Origin: an uncultured delta proteobacterium
GTDB taxonomy: Bacteria > Desulfobacterota > Desulfobacteria > Desulfobacterales > JAHEIW01
Assembly: GCA_963706575.1 (NCBI GenBank)
Contig: CAVPNL010000006.1
Span: 384,001-448,000 of the forward strand
DNA: 64,000 nucleotides
Direction of reading: 5' to 3'
This document shows positions 38,917-49,014 of the stretch, one piece after another (positions within the stretch are counted from its first letter, which is position 1; every line of letters starts with the position of its first letter). The translations under genes were made by a program, and so were the position numbers. The notes under the pieces are model-generated. The model was not told where the DNA came from. It made no database searches and saw nothing but the letters and a program-made list of their open reading frames with translations.

Positions 38917-39561
38917 ATGGCGAATAATATCCCCCTGGTGATTGCCAGCGGAAATCCCGGGAAAATTACCGAAATTCGAGAACTGTTGGCCGGCTTTCCG
39001 ATTGAGATCAAAAGTCTGAATGATTTTGGACCCATCCCGGAAGTGCAAGAAGACGGTGAAACCTTTGACGAAAATGCCTATAAAAAAGCCAGCTTCGCGG
39101 CTAAAATACTGGGCATCCCGGCACTGGCCGATGATTCCGGCCTGGTGGTGGAAGCACTGGATGGCGCTCCCGGTGTTTTATCAGCACGTTATGCCGGTGA
39201 AAATGCCACCGATGAACAGCGGGTTGCCAAATTGCTCAAAGAGATGCAGGGCCAAACCCATCGCAAGGCGGCCTTTGAATGCGTGCTTTCCATCGCGGTT
39301 CCATCCGGTCCGGCCCTTACCTACGAGGCGCGCTGTGAGGGCCTGATTGCCCAGCAGCCGGCCGGTCAAAACGGCTTCGGGTACGATCCCATTTTCTTTT
39401 ACCCCCCCTTGAACAAAACCTTTGGGCAAATGACGATTGCAGAAAAAAGCCAGGTAAGCCACCGCGGCAAGGCACTCAATGAACTCAAACAGGAGGTTGA
39501 CAAGGTGCTGGCCTGGATCCGAAGGCATATGCCGCCCGAGGAAAGCTTTTTATACGATTAG
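38917..39561 (+). CDS. rdgB: dITP/XTP pyrophosphatase (HAM1 family)
   Basis: ASGNPGK, E.GETFDENA..KA, ADDSGL, PGVLSARY, GFGYDPIF, SHRGKAL. Confidence 0.96.
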   Translation: MANNIPLVIASGNPGKITEIRELLAGFPIEIKSLNDFGPIPEVQEDGETFDENAYKKASFAAKILGIPALADDSGLVVEALDGAPGVLSARYAGENATDEQRVAKLLKEMQGQTHRKAAFECVLSIAVPSGPALTYEARCEGLIAQQPAGQNGFGYDPIFFYPPLNKTFGQMTIAEKSQVSHRGKALNELKQEVDKVLAWIRRHMPPEESFLYD

Positions 39562-39719
39562 AAGTGGTTTCAAAACCTCAGATCAGGTTCAAGGGCAAGG
39601 CGCAGGCCGATCGAGAAAGTCGTTGTTCTCAGCATACATGATGGGCTAGTATGTGAGCATTTATCGGAGGCCGGCAACGCAGCCATTGGGCCTTAGATGG
39701 GATTTTGAAACCACTTCTG
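39559..39719. mobile_element. MITE family A, copy 4 (reverse orientation, different interior)
   Basis: TAGAAGTGGTTTCAAAAC ... ATTTTGAAACCACTTCTG. Confidence 0.85.
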
Positions 39720-39816
39720 GGCAGGGAGGCCTAAACTGATTGGCATCTTTGACCCTCCGGCGTTTAAATGATAGACTAAAAATTAATTTTGCGAAATTTT
39801 ATAAAGGAGAAAGGAT

Positions 39817-41781
39817 ATGGGACCTTTAAAGACTGTATCGACATCATAACGGAGCTAGGGCGGGATCAAAGATCTTAAAGCAGCGCAACAGGTATTTAAT
39901 GATACGATCGATGCGGAAAACCTGGACAAACTCAAGCGCATTCAGAATCCGGATGTTCTTAAAAAAATTGCCAATGCCATCATGCTCTGCAAACCCGACG
40001 CTGTTTTTATCGATACGGGATCGGAGGAAGACCGGCAATTTGTCAGAGAGCTTTCTTTGAAAAAAGGCGAAGAATCACCGCTGCCTATGCCCGGCCATAC
40101 GATTCATTATGATTTAAAACAGGAACAGGGCCGCATTATTGATCGGACGTTTTACATCCACAATCAAGGCGAAGAGGTCAGTTCTTTAGCACAAAAAAAA
40201 GATCGGACTGATGTGCTGGAAGACATCCGGGACAAAATGTCCGGAATCATGGCCGGCAAAACGATGATGGTCGGATTTTTCATAAGGGGCCCGGTGGGCG
40301 CGCCGGCAGCCAACCCGGCGCTTGAAATATCGAGCTCGACATATGTCATGCACAGCGCAGCCATTCTCTATCGCAATGTATATGCCGATTTTGATCAGGA
40401 AGTTGAAAAGCTCGGACATTTCTATGCCAACATCCACAGCGAAGGTTTGAACCGGCCCGAAGACCTGCCCAACGCACGGGTTTATATGGACCGCAGCCAC
40501 CTGACAACCTATAGCTTCAACTGCACCTATGCCGGCAACACCCTGTTGATGAAAAAAGGGAATCATCGCTTTTCGGTGGATCGATCCGTCTATGAAAAAA
40601 AGGGCGAGCAAATTGCCGAGCATATGTTTATCACCGGCATCGAGGGGCCCGGCGGGCGCATCACCTGGATGGTCGGTGCGGCACCCAGCGGCTGCGGCAA
40701 AACCACCTCTGCGATGGCCGGGGATCATTTTGTCGGTGATGACCTGGCGCAGCTGTGGATTGCAGACGATGGCACCGTGCGTTCGATTAATCCGGAATGC
40801 GGAATTTTTGGTATCGTCGAAGATGTTAACTGGGAAGGTGATCCGTATTTAATGAAATGTCTGCGCCATGAGGGTACCGAGGTCATCTGGTCCAATGTGC
40901 TCATTGATGAAAATGAGGTTCCCCAGTGGACAGGCAACGCGCAGGAGCCGCCGCCGGTCAAAGGCACCAATTTCCAGGGGCCCTGGGAACAGGGTATGGT
41001 AGACGAAAACGGCAAGGCCATCCCCATGTCGCACCCCAACTCGCGCTGCACGCTGTCCAACAGCGCTCTGGAAAACTATTCGGATAAAAATGAGGCACCT
41101 GAGGGGGTTGAGACCCGCATCATTACCTACAGCGGCCGTGATAGTGACACGATGCCGCCGGTCTGGGTGTCGAAAAACCCCGATGAGGGTGTTGTCATCG
41201 GCGCTTGCATTGTATCCGCTGCCACTGCCACCGAAGTCGGGGCCACCGGCGTTCGCCGACAGCCGTGGGCCAATGCGCCCTTTACCCCAGGATCATTGGG
41301 TGAATATATGGATGCGCAGTTTGTTTTCTTCAACAGTGACAAAATTGCCGACGATAAGCGTCCGATTCTATCGGGTCTCAACTACTTCCTGTCCGATGAG
41401 GCCAGAGGGGGCAGTTCCAAAAAATTGCTGGGTGAAAAAAAAGATGTCAAGGCCTGGATGGCCTGGCTGGAGCGACGCGCCCATCAGGAAATGGATGCCA
41501 TTGAAACGCCCATCGGTTATCTGCCAAAGTATGAAGATTTGAAGCGATTGTTTAAAGAACGTGTCGGCAAAGAATATTCAGAAGACCTTTATTTCAAACA
41601 GTTTTCTTTGTACATCGACAATATCGTTGCGCGGATTGATTTGCAGGTAGAGGCTTACGGTAAAGAACAACATATACCCGCGCGCTTATTTGATATACTG
41701 AAGAAGCAACGCGCTGAACTTACCGCGCTCAAGGAAAAATACGGGCCGATTGTGACACCTGCACAACTGCAAGGGAATTAA
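39817..41781 (+). CDS. pckG: Phosphoenolpyruvate carboxykinase (GTP); 5' end disrupted by two compensating indels
   Basis: YAGNTLLMKK, AEHMFI, APSGCGKT, VGDDLA, NPECGIFG, HPNSR; RBS plus ATG at 39817 in frame with the 39982 ORF but interrupted by TAA/TAG. Confidence 0.88.
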
Positions 41782-41833
41782 CACCTGAGCGATGAAGCAT
41801 TGAGGGGTCGTGGAGTTTTTTCATTGCAAGCGC

Positions 41834-41882
41834 GTCATTCCCGCGAAGCCGGCCCCCGCGCAGACGGGGCGTGGGAATCCAG
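41834..41882. repeat. GTCATTCCCGCG...GGGAATCCAG palindromic repeat with an internal insertion
   Basis: Same ends as 44959..45022. Confidence 0.7.
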
Positions 41883-41908
41883 GGTTTGTTCCGTCCTAAG
41901 AGGCACAC

Positions 41909-43156
41909 TTGAACCTGCCGATCCAACAATCCACCCTTAACGTTATTTTTAGCCGTCGAATGCTGGTGGCCTTTGTAATGGGATTTTCCGGCGGGCTGCC
42001 GCTTTTGCTGACCTGGGGTGTATTGCAAGCCTGGATGACAGAAAAAGGCGTTGACCTAACCTGGATCGGAATGATCTCCCTGGTCCAGATTCCGTATACC
42101 TGGAAATTTTTGTGGGCGCCGTTTTTAGACCGGTTTGTTCCACCGTTTCTCGGGCGCCGCAGGGGATGGCTTTTAATTGCCCAGATTGCATTGATGGTCG
42201 CAATCGTGGGATTGGGCTATTCGGATCCGGTTAAAAACACCGGCTTGATGATTGGCGCCGCGCTTCTGGTGGCCTTTTTCAGTGCCACCCAGGATATCGT
42301 CATCGATGCCTATCGGCGCGAAGATCTGCCGGATGAAGAGCTGGGCTTGGGTTCTTCGATGTATGTTTATGGATACCGGTTGGGCATGCTGCTGGCCTCC
42401 GGCGGCGGATTGATCCTGGCGGATCACCTGTCCTTTCCAAAAGTTTATTTTCTGATGTCGCTGTGCATGCTGCCCGGAATTTTAACGACGCTACTGACAC
42501 CTGAGCCGGAGGTCGTGGTCGGCGCACCCAGGACAATGAAGGCAGCGTTGATTGAGCCGTTTGTTGATTATTTCAGCCGCAACAGCGCTATCTGGATTTT
42601 GGTATTTATTCTGTTGTATAAAATCGGCGACACCATGGCCAGCGGGATCACAATGCCGTTTTACCTGGAAACTGGATTTTCCAAGACAGAGATCGGCACG
42701 GTTGTGAAATTTTTCGGCACCGCGGCAACATTGGTAGGTGCATTTGTGGGTGGCGTATTACTGCTTAAGCTGGGAATCAACCGTGGCCTCTGGATCTTTG
42801 GGATCCTGCAGGCATTATCAACAGCGGGTTTTGCCATTTTGGCCCGGATCGGTTATAACATTGCCATGCTATCGGGTGTGATTGCTTTTGAGAACCTGAG
42901 CAGCGGGATGGGCACCGCCGCTTTTGTGGCCTTTATGGCCAGCATTACCAATAAAAAGTTTACCGCCACCCAATATGCCCTGCTGACCGGTATCATGGGT
43001 CTCTCCAGACAACTGGCATCCTCGGCGACCGGCTTTATGGCTAAAAATATGGGCTGGCAAAGTTTTTTTGTTTTTTGTACCTTGATTGCGATTCCCGGTA
43101 TGCTGATGCTTTTGAAAATTGCGCCCTGGAATTCCCGGGTGCTGGAGGAAGCTTAG
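41909..43156 (+). CDS. ampG: AmpG-family MFS muropeptide permease
   Basis: GFSGGLP, KFLWAP..D, GRRRGW, SATQDIVIDAYR, ATQYALL. Confidence 0.92.
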   Translation: MNLPIQQSTLNVIFSRRMLVAFVMGFSGGLPLLLTWGVLQAWMTEKGVDLTWIGMISLVQIPYTWKFLWAPFLDRFVPPFLGRRRGWLLIAQIALMVAIVGLGYSDPVKNTGLMIGAALLVAFFSATQDIVIDAYRREDLPDEELGLGSSMYVYGYRLGMLLASGGGLILADHLSFPKVYFLMSLCMLPGILTTLLTPEPEVVVGAPRTMKAALIEPFVDYFSRNSAIWILVFILLYKIGDTMASGITMPFYLETGFSKTEIGTVVKFFGTAATLVGAFVGGVLLLKLGINRGLWIFGILQALSTAGFAILARIGYNIAMLSGVIAFENLSSGMGTAAFVAFMASITNKKFTATQYALLTGIMGLSRQLASSATGFMAKNMGWQSFFVFCTLIAIPGMLMLLKIAPWNSRVLEEA

Positions 43157-43163
43157 GTAACCC

Positions 43164-44918
43164 ATGCCTAAAGAACCGGAAAACACAAAGATACTGCAAC
43201 GGGTGCTGCAGCTTCAGGAAAAAAGAAGAAAAATTCTGGAACTGCCCCCTGAAAAGGCCCTTGCTCGAATTCTGGATGATTCCCAGCCGGCAGCGCTGGT
43301 GCATTCGTTTCCAGAACAGGATTTTTATTTTCTGATCAATGAAATCGGTCCTGAAGATTCTCTGCCGCTGCTTTCACTGGCAACCAATAAACAGTGGGAG
43401 TACATGGTTGATTTGGAGACCTGGCAAAAGGATCGTCTTGATCTGAACATGGTCACACGCTGGCTCAGTCTGCTGCTGGAAGCTGATCCCGGGCGCTTTA
43501 TCGAATCGTTTCTGAAAGAACAACTCGAATTCGTCGAGCTGTATCTGTTTCGAAACCTTGAGGTCAGAATACGGGAACATGATCAGGACCCGTCTGATTT
43601 TGGCGATGAATTCTTTACCCTGGATAACACTTACTATTTCAAATTTATCGATCTTCCGCCTGAAACCGAATCCGAAAAATTGACCGATGCTCAACGGCGG
43701 GCCTTGCTTGAGCGGCTCACTGAAGGCCTGGCCGCCCGCGATCATCACGCATTTCAGAGTGTCTTGCTGGAGGCGGCTCACATAATCCCGGCTGAAACCG
43801 AAGAGGACTGTTTTCGCTGGCGGTCCGTGCGGCTGGCGGAAAAAGGCTTTTTGCCTTTTGATGAGGCCGTCGGCATCTATCAGCCTTTGAAGCCCGGGGA
43901 GCTTGAAAAGAAAGGCAAAAAATTCATCCCACGCGCATTGGATCAGATTTCAACACTGCCGGTACCCATTGCCCCTTTGCGGGAATTGAAGCAAGATAAT
44001 CACTTTACCCGCGCCTTGCAGAAAATTGAAGCGGCGAATGTTTTGCAGCTGGTTCAGACCGAGTTCGCCAATCTGTGCAACCAGATTGTCGTTGCCGATC
44101 ACCGGACCATTGGCGAACGTGAAGGACTCCAGCAGATTGTTAAAAAGGCCAGCGGGTATCTCAGCATCGGCCTGGAGCGAATGCTAAAAGATAAAAAAGT
44201 GGATCCGGCCCGTGCGGCGGCACTGATTACGCGCTATGCGCTTCAGGACATATTCAGAGCCGGATTTGGCGTCGCGCTGGAATTGAAATGGCGGGCGGAA
44301 AAATGGCTTTCGCAATGCTGGTTTGCCCGGGCCGACTTGAAGCTGACGTTCTGGGGGGAACAATGGATGGGCATCGTCGGTGGGCTCCTGGTCAAAAAAC
44401 CGCTGTTCTATGATAATTACGAGAGCGGCGTCTTATACCGCGAGTTTGCTTCCCTTGAGGATATCCGCCAAACTGAAGCGATTTTTGATCAGGTCGTTGC
44501 GATAGATGAGTTACTTTCCTTGATGAATATCAAGCTGCATTCTCCCTCCCGTTACGGCTTTCTGACATTTAAAAATCTTTTGCTGACGCTGTGGGCCCGG
44601 TATTTTCGCAGATTGAAGGGTGAAAAACTAAAGGCCTTGACGCTTAAACAGTTTCAGCCCTTCTTTGAAAAACTGCTGCCGGGCCGAAATGATCCCGATC
44701 GCCAGGCGACCGCAAAAATCCCTGTGGAAATGAAAACCTCGTTTTTAAGCTGGCTGGCGATAGAAACCGGTTTGAAAGATTATGAAATTTCCGATCGCCT
44801 GGGTCAGACCTTTGAGGATCTTTTCAACGAGATTGAAAGCGAATATGGCCGGGTCGCCGCAGCGGATATTGATCCCCGCTTTGTGCATCTTTTTCTCGTA
44901 ACGGCCACGAAAAAGTAG
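43164..44918 (+). CDS. Conserved hypothetical protein (DUF6178-like)
   Basis: 584-aa ORF co-oriented with ampG; DLETW..D and RLAEKGF motifs. Confidence 0.65.
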   Translation: MPKEPENTKILQRVLQLQEKRRKILELPPEKALARILDDSQPAALVHSFPEQDFYFLINEIGPEDSLPLLSLATNKQWEYMVDLETWQKDRLDLNMVTRWLSLLLEADPGRFIESFLKEQLEFVELYLFRNLEVRIREHDQDPSDFGDEFFTLDNTYYFKFIDLPPETESEKLTDAQRRALLERLTEGLAARDHHAFQSVLLEAAHIIPAETEEDCFRWRSVRLAEKGFLPFDEAVGIYQPLKPGELEKKGKKFIPRALDQISTLPVPIAPLRELKQDNHFTRALQKIEAANVLQLVQTEFANLCNQIVVADHRTIGEREGLQQIVKKASGYLSIGLERMLKDKKVDPARAAALITRYALQDIFRAGFGVALELKWRAEKWLSQCWFARADLKLTFWGEQWMGIVGGLLVKKPLFYDNYESGVLYREFASLEDIRQTEAIFDQVVAIDELLSLMNIKLHSPSRYGFLTFKNLLLTLWARYFRRLKGEKLKALTLKQFQPFFEKLLPGRNDPDRQATAKIPVEMKTSFLSWLAIETGLKDYEISDRLGQTFEDLFNEIESEYGRVAAADIDPRFVHLFLVTATKK

Positions 44919-44958
44919 AAGCTATTGTAGTGTCTTCCAAATAAGGTACAAAATGATT

Positions 44959-45022
44959 GTCATTCCCGCGCAGGCGGGAGTCCAGTTCAAAGACGCTGGA
45001 TTCCCGCCTGCGCGGGAATGAC
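44959..45022. repeat. REP/dRS3-like palindrome (two ATTCCC-N8-GGGAAT-type units)
   Basis: gtcattcccgcgcaggcgggagtccag ... ctggattcccgcctgcgcgggaatgac between convergent genes. Confidence 0.85.
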
Positions 45023-45042
45023 GGACGGGTAGCGCGGCCCAC

Positions 45043-46188
45043 TCAGTCCTCAGTCCTAAATTTCATTACGGCTGTACTGATAACCTGCACCGCTTTATCG
45101 ATATCGGCTGCGGTGGTCATTCTTCCGGTGGTTAACCTTAAGGTGCCTTTGGCCCACTCCAGGGGGACATTCATGGCTGTTAGTACGTCGGAAATTTGAA
45201 CTGTGTCGGAATGACAGGCAGCCCCTGCGGAAGCGGCCACCTCGCTTCCAATCGCATCCAGGATGCGGTTGGCCTCTGAATCCAAAAATGAAATACTAAG
45301 AGTGTTGGGCAGACGTTTTTGTGGATGCCCATTCAGCTGCACCTGACCACAGTTGTTTTTCAGCCCTTCATGCAGCCGGTCCCGCATCGCCTGCATGTGC
45401 TTCATATTTTTTTCCAGATCGCGAGCGGCTATCTCACAAGCCGTCCCCAGGCCGACGATTTCGAGCACATTTTCGGTTCCAGCGCGCACGGCCATTTCCT
45501 GATCGGCGCCGTGCATCAGTTTTGTCGGTTCCAGTCCCTGCCGGATGTACAGGGCGCCGACACCTTTAGGTGCGTAAACTTTGTGTCCGGCAATCGAAAG
45601 AAGGTCCACCCCCATGCGGCTGACATCCACCGGTATCTTTCCCACCGACTGGGCCGCATCCGTGTGATAAACGATCTCATGTTTTTTTGCCAGCTGGCCA
45701 ATTTCGTCAATGGGCTGAACGGTGCCGACCTCGTTGTTGGCGTGCATGACGGAAATCAGAATGGTTTCTTTTTTGATGGCCGCCGCCACGTCCGCTGCAC
45801 TTACCAGGCCGAATTTGTCCACTGGTAAATAGGTGATTTCAAATCCGATGGTTTCCAAAAAATTGCAGACTTCAATTACGGCAGGATGTTCGATTTGAGA
45901 GGTGATGATGTGATTGCCCTTTGAGCAGAAGACCCCGCTGCAGCCCTTAATTGCAAAATTATTGGATTCGGTCCCCCCGCTGGTAAAAATAATTTCTTCC
46001 GGCTTGCAATTCAGCAGCGATGCAACCTGTTGGCGGGCTCTGAGGACCGCCTGCCGGGGTTTGCTGCCGTAATAATGGGAACTCGACGGATTGCCGAATT
46101 CTTCCTCGAAAAACGGCCGCATGGCCGCAATAACCTCAGGGTCGTGAGGGGTGGTGGCGTTATAATCCAGATAGATGGGTTTGGGCAT
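45043..46188 (-). CDS. Cysteine desulfurase (group I, NifS/IscS-like)
   Basis: YLDYNATTP, FTSGGTESNN, ANNEVG, HTDAAQ, GHKVYAPKG, SAGAACHS. Confidence 0.93.
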   Translation of the reverse strand: MPKPIYLDYNATTPHDPEVIAAMRPFFEEEFGNPSSSHYYGSKPRQAVLRARQQVASLLNCKPEEIIFTSGGTESNNFAIKGCSGVFCSKGNHIITSQIEHPAVIEVCNFLETIGFEITYLPVDKFGLVSAADVAAAIKKETILISVMHANNEVGTVQPIDEIGQLAKKHEIVYHTDAAQSVGKIPVDVSRMGVDLLSIAGHKVYAPKGVGALYIRQGLEPTKLMHGADQEMAVRAGTENVLEIVGLGTACEIAARDLEKNMKHMQAMRDRLHEGLKNNCGQVQLNGHPQKRLPNTLSISFLDSEANRILDAIGSEVAASAGAACHSDTVQISDVLTAMNVPLEWAKGTLRLTTGRMTTAADIDKAVQVISTAVMKFRTED

Positions 46189-46699
46189 GGTCTTTGTCTC
46201 CTTTGAGGCATGCAGTAGCCGACTTCGCTGAAAAAGCTTAAGCTACGACCGTTGGGTTGGAGCAATGCAGTATTGGATTTGAATATAACAAATTGAGAAA
46301 TAGATTGCCACCATTTGCTATTGTCAATTGGATTTATAAGACTCCAGCGCAAGCAAAATTTGCTGGCTTCGATTGAATTGCCAAGATATTGGCGATAGGT
46401 AGAGAGCAGCATCTCAGTTAATATCGGAAAATTTATGTTTGTATAGCGAATGCTAATCCCAATCAGATTTTGGCCGATTTCGATTGTCTCATTATAGCCG
46501 GAATGCGCAATTCTCAAAATTTGTGTATGCCGTTAGCTAATCTTAACCAACTCGCTTCCCACCGTTGAAGAGTTCAAAGAATAAAAAGACGACCGAGCAA
46601 TATTTCTGAGATTCCTCGCAATTCCTATTACCCATAAAATAAGGACTAATGGTCGTAGTGTGCAGTTTCGACACTGTTCATGATACTGTAATATGTTGG

Positions 46700-48533
46700 G
46701 AAGTTGTTGAATAAGTTGTTTTTAAACATCCATCTGTTGCGCCAAACTTCAAACATTTCTAAAGTCGTATTTTGGGCTGCTGGTAAGTTTTATTATGCCG
46801 CTTGTATGCCCTGGAGCTGATAATCCCGCTTATGCCGTGGCAAAGTTCATGATCTTTTCGATATTATGCACCATGCAATAGAGCATCCATTGGATGTTAG
46901 CTTTGACCTTGCCTCTTAGCGTAAATCGATTCAAGCGCTTTTGGGTTTTAATATTGGCAAAAACCGGCTCCACAATGGCAAAGCGCTGTGGATATATTTT
47001 GCGTCCCTTCTCACTATCAACTTTGTGCTGCATGGCTTTGGAAAAATTGGTGTTTGCTGCACCGATGGGAACATCCAGTGAACGACGTTTTGTATTTTTG
47101 CGATAAAAACATCGATGCGTTAATGAACAGCGGCTGCAATCGGCTTCATCGGCCATATAGCGGCGGTAGATATTGTGATCTGTGGTGTGGCGCTTTACGT
47201 TTAGCTTGAGCACCTTACCATTGGGACAAATATAGTGATCGGCAGCTTTGTTGTGCTTAAAATCTTCTAATACAAATTTTTTACCCTTCTTGGGTTTATT
47301 CCTTGGCCGGGTAGCAAATCGTGAATCGCGGTTGCGAAATTTTAAATCCGGTATATATGCATCAAGCTGTTCATCGTGGCACTTTTTTAAATTGCTTTGA
47401 TTATGGTAATTGGTATCAGCAGTTAAAATCTTGCCTTTAAAATAATCTGCACTCTGACCGATTTTTTCCAGATTGGCTTTAGCCCCATCAACCATGGGAT
47501 CAAGATGTTTGGCATCCTGTCCGCTGCCAAAGGCTTGTCCATGAACGATAATCTGGTGCTTGTCATCCACCAGCGCCTGGCCATTGTAGCCCTGGATGGT
47601 GCCGCCGGAGGTGAGCATTAACGCCGAGTCATTATCGGTTAGATTGCTTTTGAGCTCTCTGCCATTTGAGCTGATCTTGGCATTATTTTTTTTGAGCCAT
47701 TTTTCAATGCGATCGGCTTGCTTGTTAAGCTTCTCAATTTGCTGCTCGACTTTGGGTGGAGTGCGAAAATCATCATCGTCATCTTTATCCGCATCAATCT
47801 GATCTTTTAATAGGCGCTTGACTTTTTGTTGTATTTTGTCCTTTTTCTTTTTTAGTTCTGCTATCGTGCCGCTGCACTCCTTGGACGCGTTAGCCGGTAG
47901 CTTTACCCCGTCTAAGGCAAAAAAGGTCCCGCCCAATAGGTTTTCTTGCTCACAGACCAATAAAATGTCGCAAAACAAAGGCAATATCTGATCTTTCATC
48001 GAAGATACAAAAGTTGCAATGGTACTGTGATCGGGCCGCTGGTTGCCAGACAGCGCCATAAAGGTCACGTTCTCACAGCAGGCCCTTTCAATTTGCCGCG
48101 AGGATATCAGCCCCCGCGCGTAAGCCAACAATACCACTTTTAACAAAATCTTAGGATCATAGGCACTGCGGCCTGTCTCGTCATTTTTGTAGTTGCCCTC
48201 AAATACCGACATGTCCATGCGCGTCTCAATGAGCATATGGATGGCAAACTCCAAACTGCCGGGCACCAGTTGCTCCTCTAATGAAACCGGGATTAAAACC
48301 TTTTGGGAATAATCATAACGCTTAAATTTGGCCATTAATTTGTCCACTCCATATTTGCCTGGTTGTTGTATCAGAAACTAATCTATACCTAGCAATAGGA
48401 CTAGACATTGTCAAACGAAAAAATACAAGGATAGCCGATATTTGCGGGATATTGTTTGGAGCTTTGAGTGGGATAAAAAATTATAGATCTTATAGAAAAA
48501 CCACCTTCAATTGATACCTTTTTCGACAGTCTC
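46700..48533 (-). mobile_element. IS1182-family insertion sequence
   Basis: Imperfect TIRs GAAGTTGTTGAATAAG / GAGACTGTCGAAAAAG (11/16); TGG on both flanks; encloses transposase. Confidence 0.8.
46830..48335 (-). CDS. IS1182-family DDE transposase
   Basis: GRSAYDP.ILLK, SSRQIE, PDHSTIA, DGVKLPANAS, GYNGQ, ADTNY, VEPVFANIK. Confidence 0.93.
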   Translation of the reverse strand: MAKFKRYDYSQKVLIPVSLEEQLVPGSLEFAIHMLIETRMDMSVFEGNYKNDETGRSAYDPKILLKVVLLAYARGLISSRQIERACCENVTFMALSGNQRPDHSTIATFVSSMKDQILPLFCDILLVCEQENLLGGTFFALDGVKLPANASKECSGTIAELKKKKDKIQQKVKRLLKDQIDADKDDDDDFRTPPKVEQQIEKLNKQADRIEKWLKKNNAKISSNGRELKSNLTDNDSALMLTSGGTIQGYNGQALVDDKHQIIVHGQAFGSGQDAKHLDPMVDGAKANLEKIGQSADYFKGKILTADTNYHNQSNLKKCHDEQLDAYIPDLKFRNRDSRFATRPRNKPKKGKKFVLEDFKHNKAADHYICPNGKVLKLNVKRHTTDHNIYRRYMADEADCSRCSLTHRCFYRKNTKRRSLDVPIGAANTNFSKAMQHKVDSEKGRKIYPQRFAIVEPVFANIKTQKRLNRFTLRGKVKANIQWMLYCMVHNIEKIMNFATA

Positions 48534-48551
48534 TGGAGCTATCTGGAATCG

Positions 48552-48654
48552 CGCTAACGTGGAAATGAGCAGCGGCCTAAATAAATTTCAAGCCTGCACG
48601 GCCTTTTCGTAAAACCGTTATTTTCACGCCGTCTGCTCCACTTTTTTGTTATGG
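48552..48654 (-). other. Integron attC site (103 bp)
   Basis: Minus strand CCATAAC-aaaaaa-GTGGAGCAGACGGC ... GCCGCTGCTCAT-ttccac-GTTAGCG, two extra bases on the left arm; 9 bp after the stop of 48664..49014. Confidence 0.8.
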
Positions 48655-48663
48655 ATTGAAAAA

Positions 48664-49014
48664 TTATTTTTTTCTGTGCTCTGGTTTCATGCCCTTACGT
48701 TCTTCATCAGAGAGAATGATACCACTACCCCTATGAGCTGTTTGACCCTTACCGAACCCACCGATAATGCTCGGTCCAGAATGGCTCCTTCCTCCTCTAA
48801 ATCCCGAGAAGAACCAAGAGCTGAAATGCGCTACGAGCAGGCTTAAAAGTAATCCTACCGCAATAACGACAAAAAATATGAGTAGGTCAAAATTCTCAAT
48901 AAATAGATAATATGAAATTGCTGCAGCGATTGTCCCGGCAATGCACCCGTATAGAGGTTTTCTGCAACCGAAAAGAAAACTAACGACAACAACTATGACA
49001 AAAATGCTACTCAT
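48664..49014 (-). CDS. Small membrane protein (3 TM plus Gly-rich tail), gene cassette
   Basis: AT-rich ORF with AGGAG RBS; preceded by GTTATGC core site and followed by attC. Confidence 0.75.
   Translation of the reverse strand: MSSIFVIVVVVSFLFGCRKPLYGCIAGTIAAAISYYLFIENFDLLIFFVVIAVGLLLSLLVAHFSSWFFSGFRGGRSHSGPSIIGGFGKGQTAHRGSGIILSDEERKGMKPEHRKK

Noticed and set aside
45043..46188. Cysteine desulfurase as a selenocysteine lyase or SelD fusion (GAACHS motif)
   Set aside because: No SelD domain, in-frame UGA or selenium genes adjacent; specificity cannot be read from the sequence.
46011..46517. 168-aa minus-strand ORF overlapping the cysteine desulfurase start
   Set aside because: TTG start, no recognisable motif, out-of-frame overlap with a real gene.
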